NCBI GenBank assembly: GCA_044868695.1 | Contig: JBIOWP010000142.1 | Location: 1 to 15,656 of the forward strand | Origin: a bacterium | GTDB lineage: Bacteria; Sysuimicrobiota; Sysuimicrobiia; Sysuimicrobiales; Kaftiobacteriaceae | DNA length: 15,656 nt | Reading direction: 5' to 3' | Shown: positions 14,443-15,656 of the stretch, in pieces | How the letters are laid out: each line of letters opens with the position of its first letter | Numbering within the stretch: position 1 is the first letter of the stretch | Program-made: the position numbers and the translations under genes | Notes under the pieces: model-generated | Seen by the model: the letters and a program-made list of their open reading frames with translations, nothing else | What the model was told of the DNA's origin: nothing | The model's database searches: none

Positions 14443-15656
14443 CTAGTGAAACCCTCCGTCGGCGACGACGAGCCGGCCGTCGCGGAGGACTGCTCGGACG
14501 TCCCTCACCCGGCCGATATCCTCGAACGGATCTCCGGCGACGATCGTGATGTCGGCGGCTTTGGCCGGTTCCAGCGTCCCGATCTCGTCCTTAAGCCCCA
14601 CCGCCTCGGCTGCTAGGCGCGTCGCGCCGGTGAGCGCTTCGCGCGCCGTCGCTCCGGCGCGGACGAGCAGTTCCAGCGTCAGTGCGTACTCCCCGAAGGG
14701 TACAAGACTCCACCCCGCGTCCGTGGAGGCGACGAGTCGGACGCCGGCCCGGAGCATTCGACCGTAGTTGTTCAATCGCGCCTCCCAGGTCCGCTGCCTC
14801 GTCTCCCAATAGACCCGCTCCGTGGGACCCAACGCGGCCCACCCTGCGCGCGCACGCTCCAGGCTGCGGTAGGGCCCGGTGAGAGTGTGCCCGATGAAGA
14901 TACCCTGCTCGGCGATCCGGTCCACCAGCGCCGCATCGTACCCTACTTCGTCCCGGGACCGGTACAGGGAGGCGTGCTCGATGCCGTCCACGCCGGCCAG
15001 CGTTGCCCGGCGAACCGCCTCGATTGTATTCGCGTGCACGGTCACCTGCGTCTCATGGGAGCGCGCTTCGCTCACGGCTTCCGTGAGCTCCGCGACGCTG
15101 TACGTCGGGATCCAACTGTGGGTCCGCGGCGTGCCGCCCCCTTCCCCCACGACCTTGAACATGTCGACGCCGACCCTCCACAGGCGGCGGGCGACGCGGC
15201 GGATGTCCGAGACGGTATCGGCCTCGCCCCCCAGGTAGTACATGTGGCCGCCGGTAACAGTGATCGGGGAGCCGGCGGCGACGATCCGGGGCCCGGAGAG
15301 CCCACCCCGGGCGATGTGGTCGCGCAGATCCAGGACGACGCGACCCCGGCTGCCCAGGTCACGCACCGTGGTCACGCCGGAGGCGAGCGCGCGCTGAGCG
15401 TTGCGCACGGCCGTCAGCAAGAGCTCCGTGTCCGTGGCGCCCACGGTAAAGGTGTCGTTGGGCGTCCCATCTCCGGGCCAGGACAGGTGCACGTGGGTAT
15501 CGATCAGCCCCGGCAGGACCGTCGCCTCGCCGAAGTCCAGCACGTTTGCATCGCTCGGCGGCAGGGCGGCCCGAGCTACGCACTCCACCACCCGGCCCTC
15601 GTGTGGGATGGGACGGACGGCCCCGTCCTGGAGGACGGGGCCGTTCTCATCCGAGA
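14443..15656 (-). CDS. Metal-dependent amidohydrolase (Xaa-Pro dipeptidase-like subgroup), 5'-truncated by the window
   Basis: PGLIDTHVH (HxH), GVTTVRDLG, GPRIVAAG..ITVTGGH, FKV (Lys bridge), VHA, IEHA, STDAG, GTLEPAKAADI. The frame stays open to the edge, but the last ~58 nt appear inverted (see findings). Confidence 0.92.
   Translation of the reverse strand, partial: SDENGPVLQDGAVRPIPHEGRVVECVARAALPPSDANVLDFGEATVLPGLIDTHVHLSWPGDGTPNDTFTVGATDTELLLTAVRNAQRALASGVTTVRDLGSRGRVVLDLRDHIARGGLSGPRIVAAGSPITVTGGHMYYLGGEADTVSDIRRVARRLWRVGVDMFKVVGEGGGTPRTHSWIPTYSVAELTEAVSEARSHETQVTVHANTIEAVRRATLAGVDGIEHASLYRSRDEVGYDAALVDRIAEQGIFIGHTLTGPYRSLERARAGWAALGPTERVYWETRQRTWEARLNNYGRMLRAGVRLVASTDAGWSLVPFGEYALTLELLVRAGATAREALTGATRLAAEAVGLKDEIGTLEPAKAADITIVAGDPFEDIGRVRDVRAVLRDGRLVVADGGFH

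Noticed and set aside
855..14446. Long antisense/alternate-frame ORFs (e.g. 855-1802, 2711-3520, 3427-4254, 4251-5048, 7189-8001, 7965-8813, 11149-11901, 12606-13595)
   Set aside because: Shadow ORFs expected opposite or within real genes in high-GC DNA. They show no recognisable motifs.

Overview
GC-rich bacterial window holding a small toxin-first type II TA module and two convergent nutrient-uptake/catabolic gene clusters. Left end: a partial minus-strand membrane-anchored ORF, then a probably leaderless RelE/ParE toxin and a Phd/YefM antitoxin under a perfect palindromic operator. Plus-strand cluster: a cytoplasmic gamma-glutamyltransferase-family Ntn hydrolase, a Dpp/Opp-type substrate-binding protein (SBP) and two permeases. 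Minus-strand cluster, in transcription order: metal-dependent amidohydrolase, VOC/glyoxalase-like paralog A, Dpp/Opp SBP, two permeases, PLP fold-type IV aminotransferase-like protein, VOC paralogs B and C, and a PrdB/GrdB-family gene. Main result: the last gene, split into two ORFs by the ORF track, reads as one 264-aa selenoprotein with an in-frame UGA in a U-P-M-C motif and a bacterial SECIS-like hairpin just downstream. No PrdA/GrdE/GrdA partner is in the window. Its context (three paralogous VOC-like proteins, a shared palindromic operator, PLP enzyme, amidohydrolase, transporter) suggests an uncharacterised selenium-dependent catabolic pathway; that function is inference. The last ~58 bp appear inverted relative to the amidohydrolase reading frame. 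No rRNA, tRNA, CRISPR array or transposase was recognised.
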